DNA of 63,900 nucleotides, counting the filler, from Octopus bimaculoides (lineage: Eukaryota), in the NCBI RefSeq assembly GCF_001194135.2. It is 6 parts of 6 records of this genome, joined end to end, with 100 filler letters (N's around TTAATTAATTAA, not from the genome) between each part and the next. Parts side by side here need not be neighbours in the genome. Positions count along the whole stretch, not along the records: positions 12,570 to 31,144 come from NC_068999.1; 5 more parts are not named here. One strand, given 5' to 3'. The notes under the pieces were generated by a model, which was given only the letters and a program-made list of their open reading frames with translations, was not told the DNA's origin and did no database searches. Positions 13,131-26,995 of this stretch are shown here, one piece after another (the first letter of the stretch is position 1; every line of letters begins with the position of its first letter). The translations under genes and the position numbers were made by a program.

Positions 13131-14085
13131 CATGTCTAAAGATTTGTAATGTATATGGAAATATTCCGGTCTATGCACACACAAGCACGCACGCTTATAT
13201 ATATATGGTTCACTGAGCGATAACATCATTTAAAATACACAAATTACGAAAAAGCTGGTAATATTTTCAGGCAGTAGAGACACAGTAATTCATCAGATTT
13301 ATATAGCATGTCATGTATCTCCAAGCAATCTTTCTGACTCAGGGCATATCATTAAATGTATTTAAAAACCAGAACACAGGTCTACGAGAAATCACGAGAA
13401 AAATCTAGAAAAACGCGGAGAATGTTAATGCAAACTGTCAAACGAAAAGAAAGAAATGTAAGAAAATCAAGATCTTTGTTCCTTTCCTGTGTAGAAATCA
13501 CAATTAAACATGTTTGTGTACAAGAAGGTGACAGAGAAAAGGGTAAATCGAAAAGATATATATTCTCAATCTGGAGCAGATGGTGTCCTCCAGTGTAACA
13601 AAATGAACTTGTCCACGAGTTTGCATTTGTTAAACATTTCGCATGTGGAATTAGGAATTGTGGCGAATTCTTGGACAAATCTATGTGCGATGTTTTTGGC
13701 CTCGCATAACTTGCATCTTTTTGATCAAAGTGGATTTAGCGCAGATTTTTCCCCGGTCGTTCACTTGATTGTGTGTCGCATGCAGGTGATCTTCTGATCC
13801 TATACATGGCTAGACAACTGGACACACATGAGATATTATTAAAACCCGTCCATTTAGTGTATATCTACAGCATGAAACAATTGGGAGCATTTAAAAAAAA
13901 AAGATTGTATGTCAAATGACATATATATGTGTGTTTGTATGTGTGTGTGAGTAATTATATGTAAATATATATATATGTATACCGGAGTAAGCACATAAAT
14001 GTGTAACAAGGTGGGAAAAAGAGTACTCAAATACCAGAGGTAGAGTAATATGCTTTATTTAAAAGCAGCAGAAATATAACAAAAA

Positions 14086-14125
14086 ACTGTTACTCGGAGT
14101 TTCACGTTCCCGTTCATCGGATAGT
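14086..14125 (-). ncRNA. Mirror-image minimal hammerhead motif on the minus strand
   Basis: Reverse complement reads ACTAT CCGATGA ACGGGAACGT GAAAC TCC GAGTA ACAGT, with one mismatch in stem I. Confidence 0.58.
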
Positions 14126-14140
14126 TTAGTTAGAAAAAAA

Positions 14141-14180
14141 ACTGTCCGATGAACGGGAACGTGAAACTCCGAGTAACAGT
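14141..14180 (+). ncRNA. Minimal type I hammerhead ribozyme motif (CCGAUGA core variant)
   Basis: Stem I ACTGT/ACAGT; core CCGATGA; stem II ACG-GGAA-CGT; GAAA; near-palindromic stem III ACTC-C-GAGT; cleavage triplet GTA. Confidence 0.72.
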
Positions 14181-14213
14181 TTTCTGTTATAATCCTGCTG
14201 CTTTTAAATAAAG

Positions 14214-14249
<36 letters not shown>

Positions 14250-14632
14250 GCTGTCTATCATTTTATTTGTCCGCCTCTATCGATTTATATATATATATAT
14301 ATATGTTAACAAATATATAAACACATATATGTGCAAATACATATATACATTTTTATATATGCATGCGTATAGAGAAAGAGAGAGAATCAAAAAGAAAGAA
14401 TACATAGATAGATAAATAGAAAGGTGTTATCATACGCGCTTAATTATATGAACATATGTATTTTGCAAGTCATTATATTTAAATACTAATTCTTAATGGG
14501 TATCTTACTACAACACAAACATTTATCCCGATAAAAACGAATTACAGTTTGTGCCGCCAGTTTGTCTAAGAGTATATGTTTGTATACGTGTATATACACT
14601 TATCTAACTGTATATGTGCATCTATCTATCTA

Positions 14633-14677
<45 letters not shown>

Positions 14678-14971
14678 GTACGTACACAGACACAGACACA
14701 CAGATATTTATTTATATATATATATACAGTCACTTTCTGTGAAATTGTGTATAAGAATGTTTGTCTCTCTCTGCATCTGCATGCAAATACATAATAGATT
14801 TAAAACAAAAACAAAAAAAAACATACGCACACACACACAAACACAAACACACATACAAAAATATGATTACAAATACAGACAGTTATTATCTACAGGTGTC
14901 CAGAACATTACTGGATATTTCCTGATTAAATATCTTAAGCACATGACATTATTATTATTTTACTCCTACTC

Positions 14972-15010
<39 letters not shown>

Positions 15011-15727
15011 GCACAAAAAAGCCACACCACCACCACCAATACCACCACTACTACTGCTACATTCGTTATTATTATTATTACTGATCTTCTTTGTTTTTTC
15101 TTTTCCTGTTTCTTGTTGGTTTTATTGTCATTAGCGACATGTCTTTATAAACTGTCACATGTTCTTAGTTCAACCAGTCTTCCCGTTTATGTTATTTACA
15201 TTTCTCTATGTTTCTTTTACTATATATATATATATATATATGTAAGTATGTATATACATATATATAACACTTACTTTCCTATTTAGTAATGTGTCAATAT
15301 TGGTATAATTATTTTATGTATACATTTAGGTATTTACTCTGTGCTTACACTTAGTAACATATACACGTATATGTAATTCGATTTTATATTATTTGTATTG
15401 CCCCATATACATATATCTATACATCTATGTATACTAATATATGCCCACATATACTATATATAATATATTATACTTTCTCTTTCTCTGTCTCATTGTATAT
15501 ATATATATATTAATTTATAAATATATATCATATATCATATATATATATATATATGATAAATATATTATACATTTACCCACATATACATGTATACATACAC
15601 GTGTGTGTATATATAATACATGATACATATATTATACATATAATACATATACACACGTATAAATATGCATATAAATGAATGTATACATTCGTGTGTGCGT
15701 ATATATATATATATACTTTTTACTCTT

Positions 15728-15929
15728 TTTCTCTTTTACTTGTTTCAGTCATTTGACTGTGGCCATGCTGGATCACCGCCTTTAGTGGAGCAAATCGACC
15801 CCAGGACTTATTCTTTGGAAGCCTAGTACTTATTTTATCGGTTCTTTGCCGAACTGCTTAGTTACGGGTTCATAAACATACCTGCATCGGTTGTCAAGCA
15901 ATGCTAGGGAGACAAACACAGACACATAG

Positions 15930-15979
<50 letters not shown>

Positions 15980-16147
15980 GTATATACATATATACGACGG
16001 TCTTCTTTCAGTTTCCGTCTACCAAATCCACACACTAGGGTTTGGTCGGCCCGAGGCTATAGTAGAAGACACCTGCCCAAGATGCCACGCAGTGGGACTG
16101 AACCCAGAACCATGTGGTTCGTAAGCAAACTACTTACCATTGCGCCT
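15728..16147 (-). mobile_element. tRNA-derived SINE family B (CORE/MIR-like central region) with internal (CA)n
   Basis: The minus strand has a tRNA-like head (GGTAAGTAGTTTGCTTACGAACCACATGGTTCTGGGTTCAGTCCC), then GGCATCTTGGGCAGGTGTCTTCTACTATAGCCTC, resembling the CORE GACCTTGGGCAAGT motif. Multiple copies occur in the window. Confidence 0.82.
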
Positions 16148-16289
16148 ATATATATATATATCATTTAGTATACACCGGAAGAATGCCAATGATGGTTGTC
16201 CTTCTTTCTCTACCGTTTATATTTACGTTTTGCTTTCTCTTCCACCTGAAATGCTTGTCTCCACGTCTTTTTTCTCATGTGTTCCCACT

Positions 16290-16660
16290 AACCAGCATTT
16301 TGCGTTTACAAACAAGACGTGTCGCGGGTATCTAAGCCTAAACGAATGCTTGGAGACATAAGCTATGATATGTGAATCTGCTCTTCATTTCTGTTGACTA
16401 GTTCACACGCTTCAATAATTCTTTGAGGATGTCCTTGGTCATGAATCTTTTCATAATACTCAAAGAATTTCATGTAGCCCCAGGAGAAAAATTCCATGGG
16501 AGTTAAATCTGGTGACCTCGGTGCCACTTCAGTTGGCCCGCAACGACCGAGCCATCTCCCGGGAAAATGTTCATTGAGAAAATCACGAACCTGCAATGCA
16601 TAATGGAGCGGGCCCCATCCTGTTGAAACCAGACAAGATTTCCCCTTCCAAGTGAATGTA
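16290..16660 (-). mobile_element. Tc1/mariner transposase C-terminal relic
   Basis: WFQQDGA(frameshift)LHYALQVRDFLNEHFPGRWLGRCGPTEVAPRSPDLTPMEFFSWGYMK. Confidence 0.85.
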
Positions 16661-16771
16661 CGTGAGACATCATCTTGTTGCCAAGGATGTCCAGATACGA
16701 ATCACCTGTTGCAGAGCCCTCAAAATAAAATGGTCCAATTATTTGATTGTGCCAAATCTCACACCACGCTA

Positions 16772-17150
16772 TTACTTTGGTATATTTGGAACTGCAGAAA
16801 AGCCTCGCATATTTTTACTGTTCCACTCGCAGATTGCGCTTGTAATGTACGAATTAGCCGGTCGATTTCTCTTTCAGAAAATCCCAGTTTATCCACAATC
16901 TCATTTAAGCATTTACTAACAAAATCTAGTCTCCAATTATTATTGGTATGAATGTGAATTCATAGTCTGGATATAGAAGCTGGTGGTCTCGAAGCAGTTG
17001 TCCATAGATATATTCTTTTTCTTTGATTTTCAAAGAGATATTTAAATATGCAGGGCAGCTGACCTCTATGATGATACATAGCTTTGCCCCGATGTCCCAA
17101 ACAACACCGTCTTGTTGATTATCTGCTTCCATCCAATGAAGATTGGTTTG
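16772..17150 (-). mobile_element. 3' fragment of an RLE-type non-LTR retrotransposon (second family)
   Basis: DGVVWDIGAKLCIIIEVSCPAYLNISLKIKEKEYIYGQLLRD.QLLYPDYEFTFIPIIIG...LGFSEREIDRLIRTLQAQSASGTVKIC. Confidence 0.8.
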
Positions 17151-17269
17151 CGAGTAATATCAGCAGTTGTGAAAAGAGATTAAAAAAAGAGAATGTTAGC
17201 AAATTTCACATATTGCAGGATGGAGCCTGACTTTATGGCCACACTGTAAATATATATATATTTATGTGC

Positions 17270-17342
<73 letters not shown>

Positions 17343-18340
17343 TGTATATACGATAGAATCTTCTGATTTAAAATATTTTAGCATCTAAAGTGTCTCCAAG
17401 GTTTTCTATACCTGTCAACTACATATTTTATTGCTTATGATATTCTGTTACTAAGCATTTCATGATGTTTGTTTTCGTACGATTCTACGTAGTTTTACTT
17501 TGCTGTCGGGTTATGCTTTGTATCTAATCTTTTTCTTTGTCCACTTTTATGTGCTTTAATATTTCCTTTATAGTAAGTGCATGAACAACCGATGCGATTG
17601 CGCTGCACACGTGTGCAACATGTAAGAGTTTATTTAAGTATACACAGTGCCTAATCCACGCAATTAGTTCTAATAGGCCAATAATTTACCCGGGAAAAGT
17701 TCATACGTGTATGTTAAAAAACATATACATGTGCAGAAATAAACCCGGTGTAGTTTCAAATAATTCTCTCTACTATAGTCATAACGACCGAAATTCTAAT
17801 GGGATGAAATTAATCTATTATATCGACTCCAACGTTACTTAGTTCATCAACAACGAAAGGATGAGTGAAAAAGTGGACCTCGGTCCTGGTAGGTTCAAGT
17901 TATAAAATGGGAATATCTAGTGGAACTAACCATATAATACTCAGTTCGTTTCGCACAAGGTTTTCTGCAGTTCTATAAGAATATCTGCTAACGGAATGTA
18001 TGACGCATGTATATTTTAATAAATACACATGTCCTAGTAGACCTTTAAATTATTAAATGCGTTCTACCAGGGAATATCCTGCGATACATATGAGTAAATC
18101 AAGCGGATGTTATTGAATTTTCGAGACTAGCTCTAATGATCTCGTTTTCTTTTCTCTCTTACTGCCCCGTTCTTGCTCCAAGATGAACTTACGTGTACGT
18201 TATTGATATGAAGGCAATTTATATATATTTCTAAATGTACATTAGTGGATGGGTGTATATATGTCTCTTCTATTTTTTAGTTATTTTAAATCTTCCACTG
18301 AAGATGGAACCGGTTTCCAACAAAGATAACACAAACAAAT

Positions 18341-18935
18341 TCACATTTGGAACTTGAGAAATGTTTCGCATATTTTTACTGTTCCACTCACAGACTGGAC
18401 GTGTAATGCACGAATCACCCAGTCGATTTCTCTTTCTGAAAATCCTAATTTATCCAGATTCATCTTTAAGCATTTACTAACAAAACCGAGTGCTCCAATT
18501 ATTATTGGTATGAATATGAATTCATAATTTGGACATAGAAGCTGGTGGTTTCGAAGCAGCTGTGCATAGATATCCTCTTTTTCTTTGATTTTCTAAGAGA
18601 TATTTATATCTGAAGGGCAGCTAACCTCTATGATGGTACATACCCATGCCCCTCTGTCCCAAACAACAACATCTGGCCTGTTATGCTTACATTTGACAGA
18701 GGTTTTGATAGGAATATTCCACCAGTATTCCTTGAGTTGGTGTTTATGAATGTATTCCATAACAGAGGGATTTTCTAAGTTCATTTCAGGACAGTCTTCT
18801 TTGAGGATGGTATTGTAAATACAACATCGTACCGCATAGAGAGATAGTACCATGACGACATTTTAGGACAGCTGCCAATGACATGCGTGATGTCTTCCAC
18901 AGAAACCTGACATAGACTACATATGCGGTTGCCCC
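18341..18935 (-). mobile_element. 3' fragment of the same RLE-type family as 16772-17150, with CCHC knuckle
   Basis: NRICSLCQVSVEDITHVIGSCPKM...KHNRPDVVVWDRGAWVCTIIEVSCPSDINIS*KIKEKEDIY...IPIIIGALGFVSK; TGA stop at 18341-18343. Confidence 0.85.
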
Positions 18936-19071
18936 CTGGGATGTATTTATGTGTGTATATGTGTGTGTAGGAGTGTAAGTATATGTGGTGTACTTGGATA
19001 TAGAGAAAACATAAATAGAAATATTTTGGAGAGGAAGGGGTAAAGCGGGGAGCTAACAGAACCGTTAGCAT

Positions 19072-19440
19072 GCCGGTGGGGGCAGGATGCTCAGTGTCCT
19101 TTCCTCCGTTCTTACGTACTGCCGAAGACGACTTTGCATTTCATCCTTTCGGAAACGATAAATAATAACCAGTTGAACACTGGGATCGATTAACCGACTT
19201 AATTTCTCCCTCAAAATTGCTAGTCTTGTGCTCAAATGTGAAACCAAAATCTTTAGTACGATCAGCAAAGCGGTTGGCGGCATTTTGTTCGTCTTTGTGT
19301 TCTAAGTGTTCAAAAACGACTTTCTCTTTCATCCTTTTCGTTTTCAATTAAATAAGTACCAGCCGATAGCTGTGCTCAATATAATCGATTCAGCCCCTCC
19401 ATCGAAATTGCTGCATTTGTGCTAAAATTTAAAACCAATG
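19072..19440 (+). mobile_element. Two decayed SINE family A copies in direct tandem
   Basis: The GACTTT..(T)TTCATCCTTT.CG...AAATTGCT...GTGCT.AAA.T..AAACCAA motif series occurs twice. Confidence 0.6.
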
Positions 19441-20876
19441 CTTCGGAGAGCGGCATTAAATGTAATTTTCGCTGTTTGAAAGTGAGGCAGTCCTCTACTT
19501 CCCTGCATGTTTAACTGACTAAAAATCAACCGCGGACGTAAACTTAATGAATAGTATGGCGGAATAATATAGTTCAAGCGTTTGATAATTTATCAATCTA
19601 ATAAATAAAAGAAAAAATGTTTATGAATTAATTATTTTTAAAAGTTAAGAATATTTAATATTTATGAATATAATATATTTATTTATATTTTAAATATAAT
19701 TTTATATTTAATTGTATCTGGCGAGAATCATTCTCTTTTAGTGTCATATTAATTTAACACATTCACCGGTTTGATTTCCGCTCGTATACTTATTTATACA
19801 TAAGTAAATGACTAGAAATTAGACAGGTGGGTGTATTAAATTAATAAGACACTAATAGAGAATGACTCCCCCCAGATACTATAAAATATGCTTCAACACA
19901 CGAATTCACAAAAATGATCTTGCAAACCAAATACAAAAACGAAATATAGTTTTGTATATGATCCCTCAACCAATTGTTGTCATATTTGTCTACTTAGAAT
20001 TTTAAATAATCCGGTTAATTTATTAACTTCAACATATATAAGAATTTCCAAAAAAACTTAATTCCTTTTAACTATAAGTTTAAAATAATATTTTCTCAAT
20101 TAGAACAGTAACTAAGTTTTATACTTGAGATCTACTGAACTGGACGTAGGTATAGGTGTTTAATATTATATAATAGTAAGTTTAGTCAATGACATGGTTT
20201 TAGAAAACGAGTTTATAAAATTCAGGTACTTCTGAAGAGGATAATAAACAGACATTTATATACAGACGCATACATAAATCAAGTCATATATATATACATA
20301 CGCACAAATACATCATAGATACATTTATGTGTATAAATTGTGTAAGTGGTCAAAATTTTAATGCAAATATCTACAAAACGCAATTATTTGTATACTAACA
20401 CCTAGACTTGCACAAACGTGTACGTGTGTTTGTATGTATCAACACACAGACACACACACATATATATGTGTACATACATACCCACGTACACACACACATG
20501 TGCACACACATATGTTTACATATATATATATATATATTGATATATATGCAAACATATCACATAAGCGTGTGTGTAATATATGTGCGGGTGTGAGTATGCC
20601 TGTCTTCGCTTATTCAGTTGAGTTAATTTTTTTTTTTTTTACTGTTATTCTTTTCTGTATGTCATTCACACTGTCATCCTGCATTGTTCTGTATTTATAT
20701 ATGTATTAATATATTCTGGTTTTGTTGCTAGTCAGATCTGACATTGCAGAAGAAATAAATTGCCTGTCAATATAAGATAATATATGTACGTATATATACA
20801 TACACCCGCACACGTACCCACACCTACACCACAAACAACAGAGACACACACACACACACGCACACACACTCACAAG

Positions 20877-20917
<41 letters not shown>

Positions 20918-22719
20918 TCACACAAATACACGCATGCAAAGTACATATACCTTGTTGCACGTATAACATATGTAGCAAGCACGCGTTAGGATCCTGATAT
21001 ATATGAATACTTACATACATAATACATACATATATGCAAATATATATACGTATATATATACAAATATATATATATTTAATATACATAAATCTATCCATAC
21101 ATAGTTAGACACGTACACACTCATACTCGCATATATATATATATATATATATATATANNNNNNNNNNNNNNNNNNNNNNNNNNNNNNNNNNNNNNNNNNN
21201 NNNNNNNNNNNNNNNNNNNNNNNNNNNNNNNNNNNNNNNNNNNNNNNNNNNNNNNNNNNNNNNNNNNNNNNNNNNNNNNNNNNNNNNNNNNNNNNNNNNN
21301 NNNNNNNNNNNNNNNNNNNNNNNNNNNNNNNNNNNNNNNNNNNNNNNNNNNNNNNNNNNNNNNNNNNNNNNNNNNNNNNNNNNNNNNNNNNNNNNNNNNN
21401 NNNNNNNNNNNNNNNNNNNNNNNNNNNNNNNNNNNNNNNNNNNNNNNNNNNNNNNNNNNNNNNNNNNNNNNNNNNNNNNNNNNNNNNNNNNNNNNNNNNN
21501 NNNNNNNNNNNNNNNNNNNNNNNNNNNNNNNNNNNNNNNNNNNNNNNNNNNNNNNNNNNNNNNNNNNNNNNNNNNNNNNNNNNNNNNNNNNNNNNNNNNN
21601 NNNNNNNNNNNNNNNNNNNNNNNNNNNCAATATATACGTACACATCTATATACACGTATATATATATGTATGTGTGTGTGTGTGTGTGTGCGTGTGTAGA
21701 TATATATGCATGTATACATACTGAGAGAGAAAGAGAGAGGGATAAAGAGAAAAAAGAGAGATAGAGTGAGAGAGAAACAGTGAGAGAGAGTGGAAGAAAG
21801 TGTCAGAGACCAAAAGCAAGACTTAAAGCTATTTATATTATGTCTATATAGAATTTATTCTCTTGAATTTGCGTCTATTTCTCATTGTTTGACTTTTTTC
21901 ATTTTTTCTTAATTTGCAAGGATGAACGAATAAATAAAGAAATCTGTCAAATTAATTTATGCGTTGTACATTTTGTCGTTGTGCTCATCAAAGTATGCAA
22001 TATTGTCTGTATATCTCTATTCATAATTCCCCAAAGTTTATCTCTATTTTGTAGTGTCGATTCATTTTGATTTATTGCATTTCATTATATTATTACATTA
22101 GATAGGTATGTTTCCTGTTTATTGAGCTCTGTGCTAAAATTCTTTGTACAGTAAAAATATTTCCTTTATGTTCGAGAAATATAGATTCAAATGTAATTTA
22201 GAATTACATTTCCGTACGTTCAAATAAAATTAATTTTCTGTACGTTAATTTTGGTTACTAGAGCAGTGTAGAAAGGGGTGTATAAAGCATTTATTAGAAT
22301 TCTCAAAATTTGGGCGGCCTCTGTCATTTTCCATGTTTCCTTGATATGATGGTATGCATATAAATATGGATATCTTACAAGACTGTATATGTAACTATTT
22401 ACGATGGCATATTTGGGACGAAAATACAAGGGAGCTCTGCAAAAGTGCATTATATATGGGCAAATAATAGATATGGCAAATATATAGATGTAGCAAATGC
22501 ATAGATAAGAAGATTGATAAATGGAAATACAGAGAGATATAGAGAGGGAAATGCATATATATTTTTTTATCATTTATGCGTCCCTATATATTTTTTTATA
22601 AGCTCAATATGACTGAATTTTCAATCATTGAACATTTACACTTATATTATTATCTGTTTCTTTTTTCTGAACCGAAAAATGTCGAAACCGGTTTGGTGTT
22701 TGAATAAATCTATCATGTA

Positions 22720-22799
<80 letters not shown>

Positions 22800-24262
22800 T
22801 TGGGCTGCTTTCAGTTTCCGCCTATTAAATCCACTCACAAGACTTTGGTGTACCTGAGGCTATAGTAAAAGACACTTGCCCAAGGTGGCCCGCAATGTGA
22901 CTGAGTCCACAGCAATGTGGTTGGGAAGCATGCTTCTTGGCACATTGCTATTCTCGAGTTCCACATTTATATATATATATATATATATATCGTGGGTGTA
23001 TGTGCGGGGAGGGGGTATTTGTGTACGCGCGCTTGTATTGAAAATGTAGTCAATTTAATGGGCTACAACACTTTTCAAAACAAAAATTGCCCTTTTGTTA
23101 AAGATGGCAGATTATCAGATAAATAGAAAATGAATATGCTGCTTTACAAGACAGAAACAGTAGGCTGAGAGTGCATATTATTTTCACATATATCATTAAG
23201 CTTAGTTTCCTTCCTTACGGATGTTAACTCCATAACTACCCGGTGCACTTTTTGTTTTTCAGCTTATTTTTTCTGTAGATCGATAGAAAAAAAAATCAAT
23301 AAAACTAATATATATGGCTAGATTCAATTAAATACAGAAAAATCGTCACGTATCGGTCTGAATCTGAAAACAGCTATAAAGCACCATTGTAATACATTCA
23401 GAACGAACTTAGACCAAAAGAAAAACAATAACAAAATATACTAAAAAAAAACCCAATATCACTTGTATTTTTATACTTTTACATCAATGTCAATCATGTA
23501 CCTTATTGTTGTTGCAGTTTTGTTGTTTTTTTATGTCTTTTTTAACAATACAAATTGTATATGTAATAACAGAATAAGGAATAAAACATATATAACATAA
23601 TAGAAAATAACACGCGTAAATAAAAGCTTACATACATTTTAATAAAGTGTATACAAAAAAGTGGAGAAAATGAAAATTAGAAAAAATATACAAGAAAAAA
23701 GAGCTATAGAAAACACAAATATACAATCATGTAACATCTATTACATCTCTAATAGATGTAAACTTCGAATGTCAAATCCAAGGCAGCTCTATGTGCCGTG
23801 ACAAATTCTAGCGACATACACGATTTCATTCGCTTGTTTTAATTACTTATTCACCTGTCCAAGAACAAGTTCTCTCTCATCTATCTAACAGAGCATCTGA
23901 TATCACCTGCTAGCTCTCGCTTACTTACTTGCTTGCTTGCTTGCTTGCTCAATTAAATATAAGTCATAAAAGAAGGAGAAGAAGGAGAAGAAGAAGAAAT
24001 AAAAAGAGGAGGAGGAGGTGGGGGTGGGAAAGAAGAAAACAAACCATACTCTTTTACAATGCGTTCCAAATTCCGACAAAATGTTCCTGCTTCGGCAGAT
24101 AATTTGCAGTGTTAAACGTTTCATTTTCACTCTAATAACTTGACGCATTTTTATGGATTGTGTTAGAAGTTAACATAAGCGGATACACAAGGATTCATTT
24201 TGTTGCTGTTGTTATTCTTTTACATGTTGTTATTGGTTTTGTTGCTGTCATCATCATCATCA

Positions 24263-24600
<338 letters not shown>

Positions 24601-24629
24601 ATCATCATTATTATCATTATTATCAGGCC

Positions 24630-24700
<71 letters not shown>

Positions 24701-24715
24701 GTTATTGTTCCTATC

Positions 24716-25082
24716 ATTATTCCTTCCGCCTTAGCGATAGCGGAAGCATTGTTTTACAGTTGTGTTTGTTTGTCTGTCTGTGGACAAGATATCTCAAGAA
24801 CCGCTGGATGGATTTGGATGAAACTTTCAGGGATGTTTGGCCTTGGGACTAGCACGACCTGATTACATTTTCTGATCGATCCGGCATCAGACAAGGATTC
24901 TGGATTATTTTTCCTGTTCTTTTACTTAGTTTTTGAGAACGGTTGGGTTCATTTTTGTATTCTCGTTTGTGAGAGTAGACGAGTTTATTTCAGACATTCT
25001 CATTTTAAAAATCATCTCTGACTATCGTTGAGAGGACGTTGGTGTTGACTTAGCGGAGGTTTGCGCTCTCTGCGTAATCTTA
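24716..25082 (+). mobile_element. Non-autonomous Helentron-like (HINE/DINE-1-like) element
   Basis: 5' TTATTCCTTCCGCCTTAG..GCGGAAG hairpin, then GTTTGTTTGTCTGTCTGT microsatellite and GATGGATTTGGATGAAACTTTCAG. The 3' subterminal inverted repeat is CTTAGCGGAGGTTTGCGCTCTCTG. This is the typical layout of these elements. Confidence 0.7.
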
Positions 25083-25300
25083 ATAATATTATTATTGATA
25101 CTAAAGTATTATACTATTATTATTATTATTATTATTATTGATACAACGCAGGAAAAAATGCACCGGTGCCTTTAGTCATCTATCCAGTCACAACAAGGAC
25201 CTCAGACAGATAATACTTGCCTTAAGACATACGATGAGCCCAATAAAGCTGCTTTTTGAAATACATCAATCTTGCAGGGAATTTCCAGTTATTATTATTA

Positions 25301-25357
<57 letters not shown>

Positions 25358-26217
25358 GTATTGTTATTATTATTATTACTATAATTAGGCGGCCATTTGA
25401 CCTGCTAGTAACAGAAATCAAATCTCCTTCAAATTACTCTATTGCATTCGGTAAACGTTAAAAGGAAGGACATATATATNNNNNNNNNNNNNNNNNNNNN
25501 NNNNNNNNNATATATATAAACAAAAGCTGTCTTACATAGATTATACCTGAAAAAAGTAACAAAACAATGATTGAAAATAAAAGAAAACAAAAGGCTGGAT
25601 CATCTTTGATTATATAACTGCACGACTGGAGCTGGCATGGGGTTAAACAACAACGGCAAAAACAACAACAACAACAACATCAAAAACAATAACAAACAAC
25701 AGCAACAGCAGCTGCAGCAGCAGCGAAAGCAACGACGATGACCGCAACAACGGCAGCATCCGAAAAAATAGCGATGATAACGATTTTTTTTTGTTTTTTT
25801 ATGGACGTTGTGCTTGAAGCGAATAAAAAAAAATATTAACTTGCAGAGGAACATAGCGTAACGCTGCCATTAATATTAAATGAGAGTCTCTATTAATTTA
25901 AAAACTAAACAAATGAAATACAGAAGAAAATAAACATAAAAATAAATTGGAAAAAAAAACTCACTTGGTTGTGTGATTCGGTGTTATGATATCCTATTTT
26001 AATAACTAAGATATAAAGAAGAAAAAAAAAATAACAAAATAACTTTGAGAAAATGGGTTGGCGACATTATAGGCATCATAAAGTAATCGATTATCAATCA
26101 CTGATACACGGCAGTTATTTCTACTCGATTACTTGTCTTCATGCCTAATTAATCAACCATTGTAATTATTTCTGTTATTATCATTATTCCTGTTATTATT
26201 ATTATTCCTGAAATAAT

Positions 26218-26995
26218 GTTGATGATCATGATGATGATGATGTGGAGGAGGAGGAGGAGGAGGAGGAGAAGGAGGAGGTGGTGCTGGGTGAACAGGATGT
26301 TGATGCAAATGCTGACAATGGTGATGATGATAGTGATGGTGGGAAAGTGATTGTCTTGATGGTGATGATGACGATGATAGTGATGTTTGCGATGATCGTG
26401 TTGCTGACGATGATGTGGGTGATGATGTGGACGATAATTAAGATGCTGGTAACGAAGACGATAACGATGATGATGATGGTGGTAATAGTGGTGGTAGTGG
26501 TGGTAGTATTATGGTAACTGGATGGTGATGGTGATGGTGATGGTGATGAAGGTGATGGTGATAGTGGTTATGATGTTGACGATGATGACGATGATGATGA
26601 TGCAAGGAAATGACGATGGAAACGATGCCCGTGATGGCAATGGTCGGCGTTATTACCCATGTCATCATTAGTACGCAAACCACCAACGCCAGTTCCAGCG
26701 CCGAAACCACAATCGACACCACAATCGTCATCGTCGTCGTCGTCGTCCTCCCTCCTCCTCCTCCCCTCCTCGTCATCATTATCCCCTTCCTCCCCATCCT
26801 CATCTTCATTATCTTCATCCGCGCTCACCACCTTCATAATCATCATCATCATTCATCAACAAAGACTGCAAAATCACTAAGTATTTCTTTATCCCTATCC
26901 GCACCAACATCTGCCACCATTATTATTGCTACCATTATCATTGTTATTGTTATTATTGTTGTTGTTGTTGGTGGTGGTGGTGTTACTTTTGTTGG
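26218..26995. repeat. Compound trinucleotide low-complexity region
   Basis: Mosaic of GAT/GAG/GGT repeats that switches to complementary TCA/TCG/TCC repeats near 26645. Confidence 0.85.

Larger units (their letters stand above)
13982..14213. mobile_element. Small palindromic (foldback) element embedded in TA-rich microsatellite
   Basis: Arms of ~75 bp at 14053-14127 and ~14138-14213 are near-perfect reverse complements around a ~10-nt spacer. The element is flanked by (TA)n. Confidence 0.85.

Noticed and set aside
22665-22700. GAAACCGGTTTGGTG, resembling a hammerhead 3' half
   Set aside because: There is no intact CUGANGA box or stem I partner.
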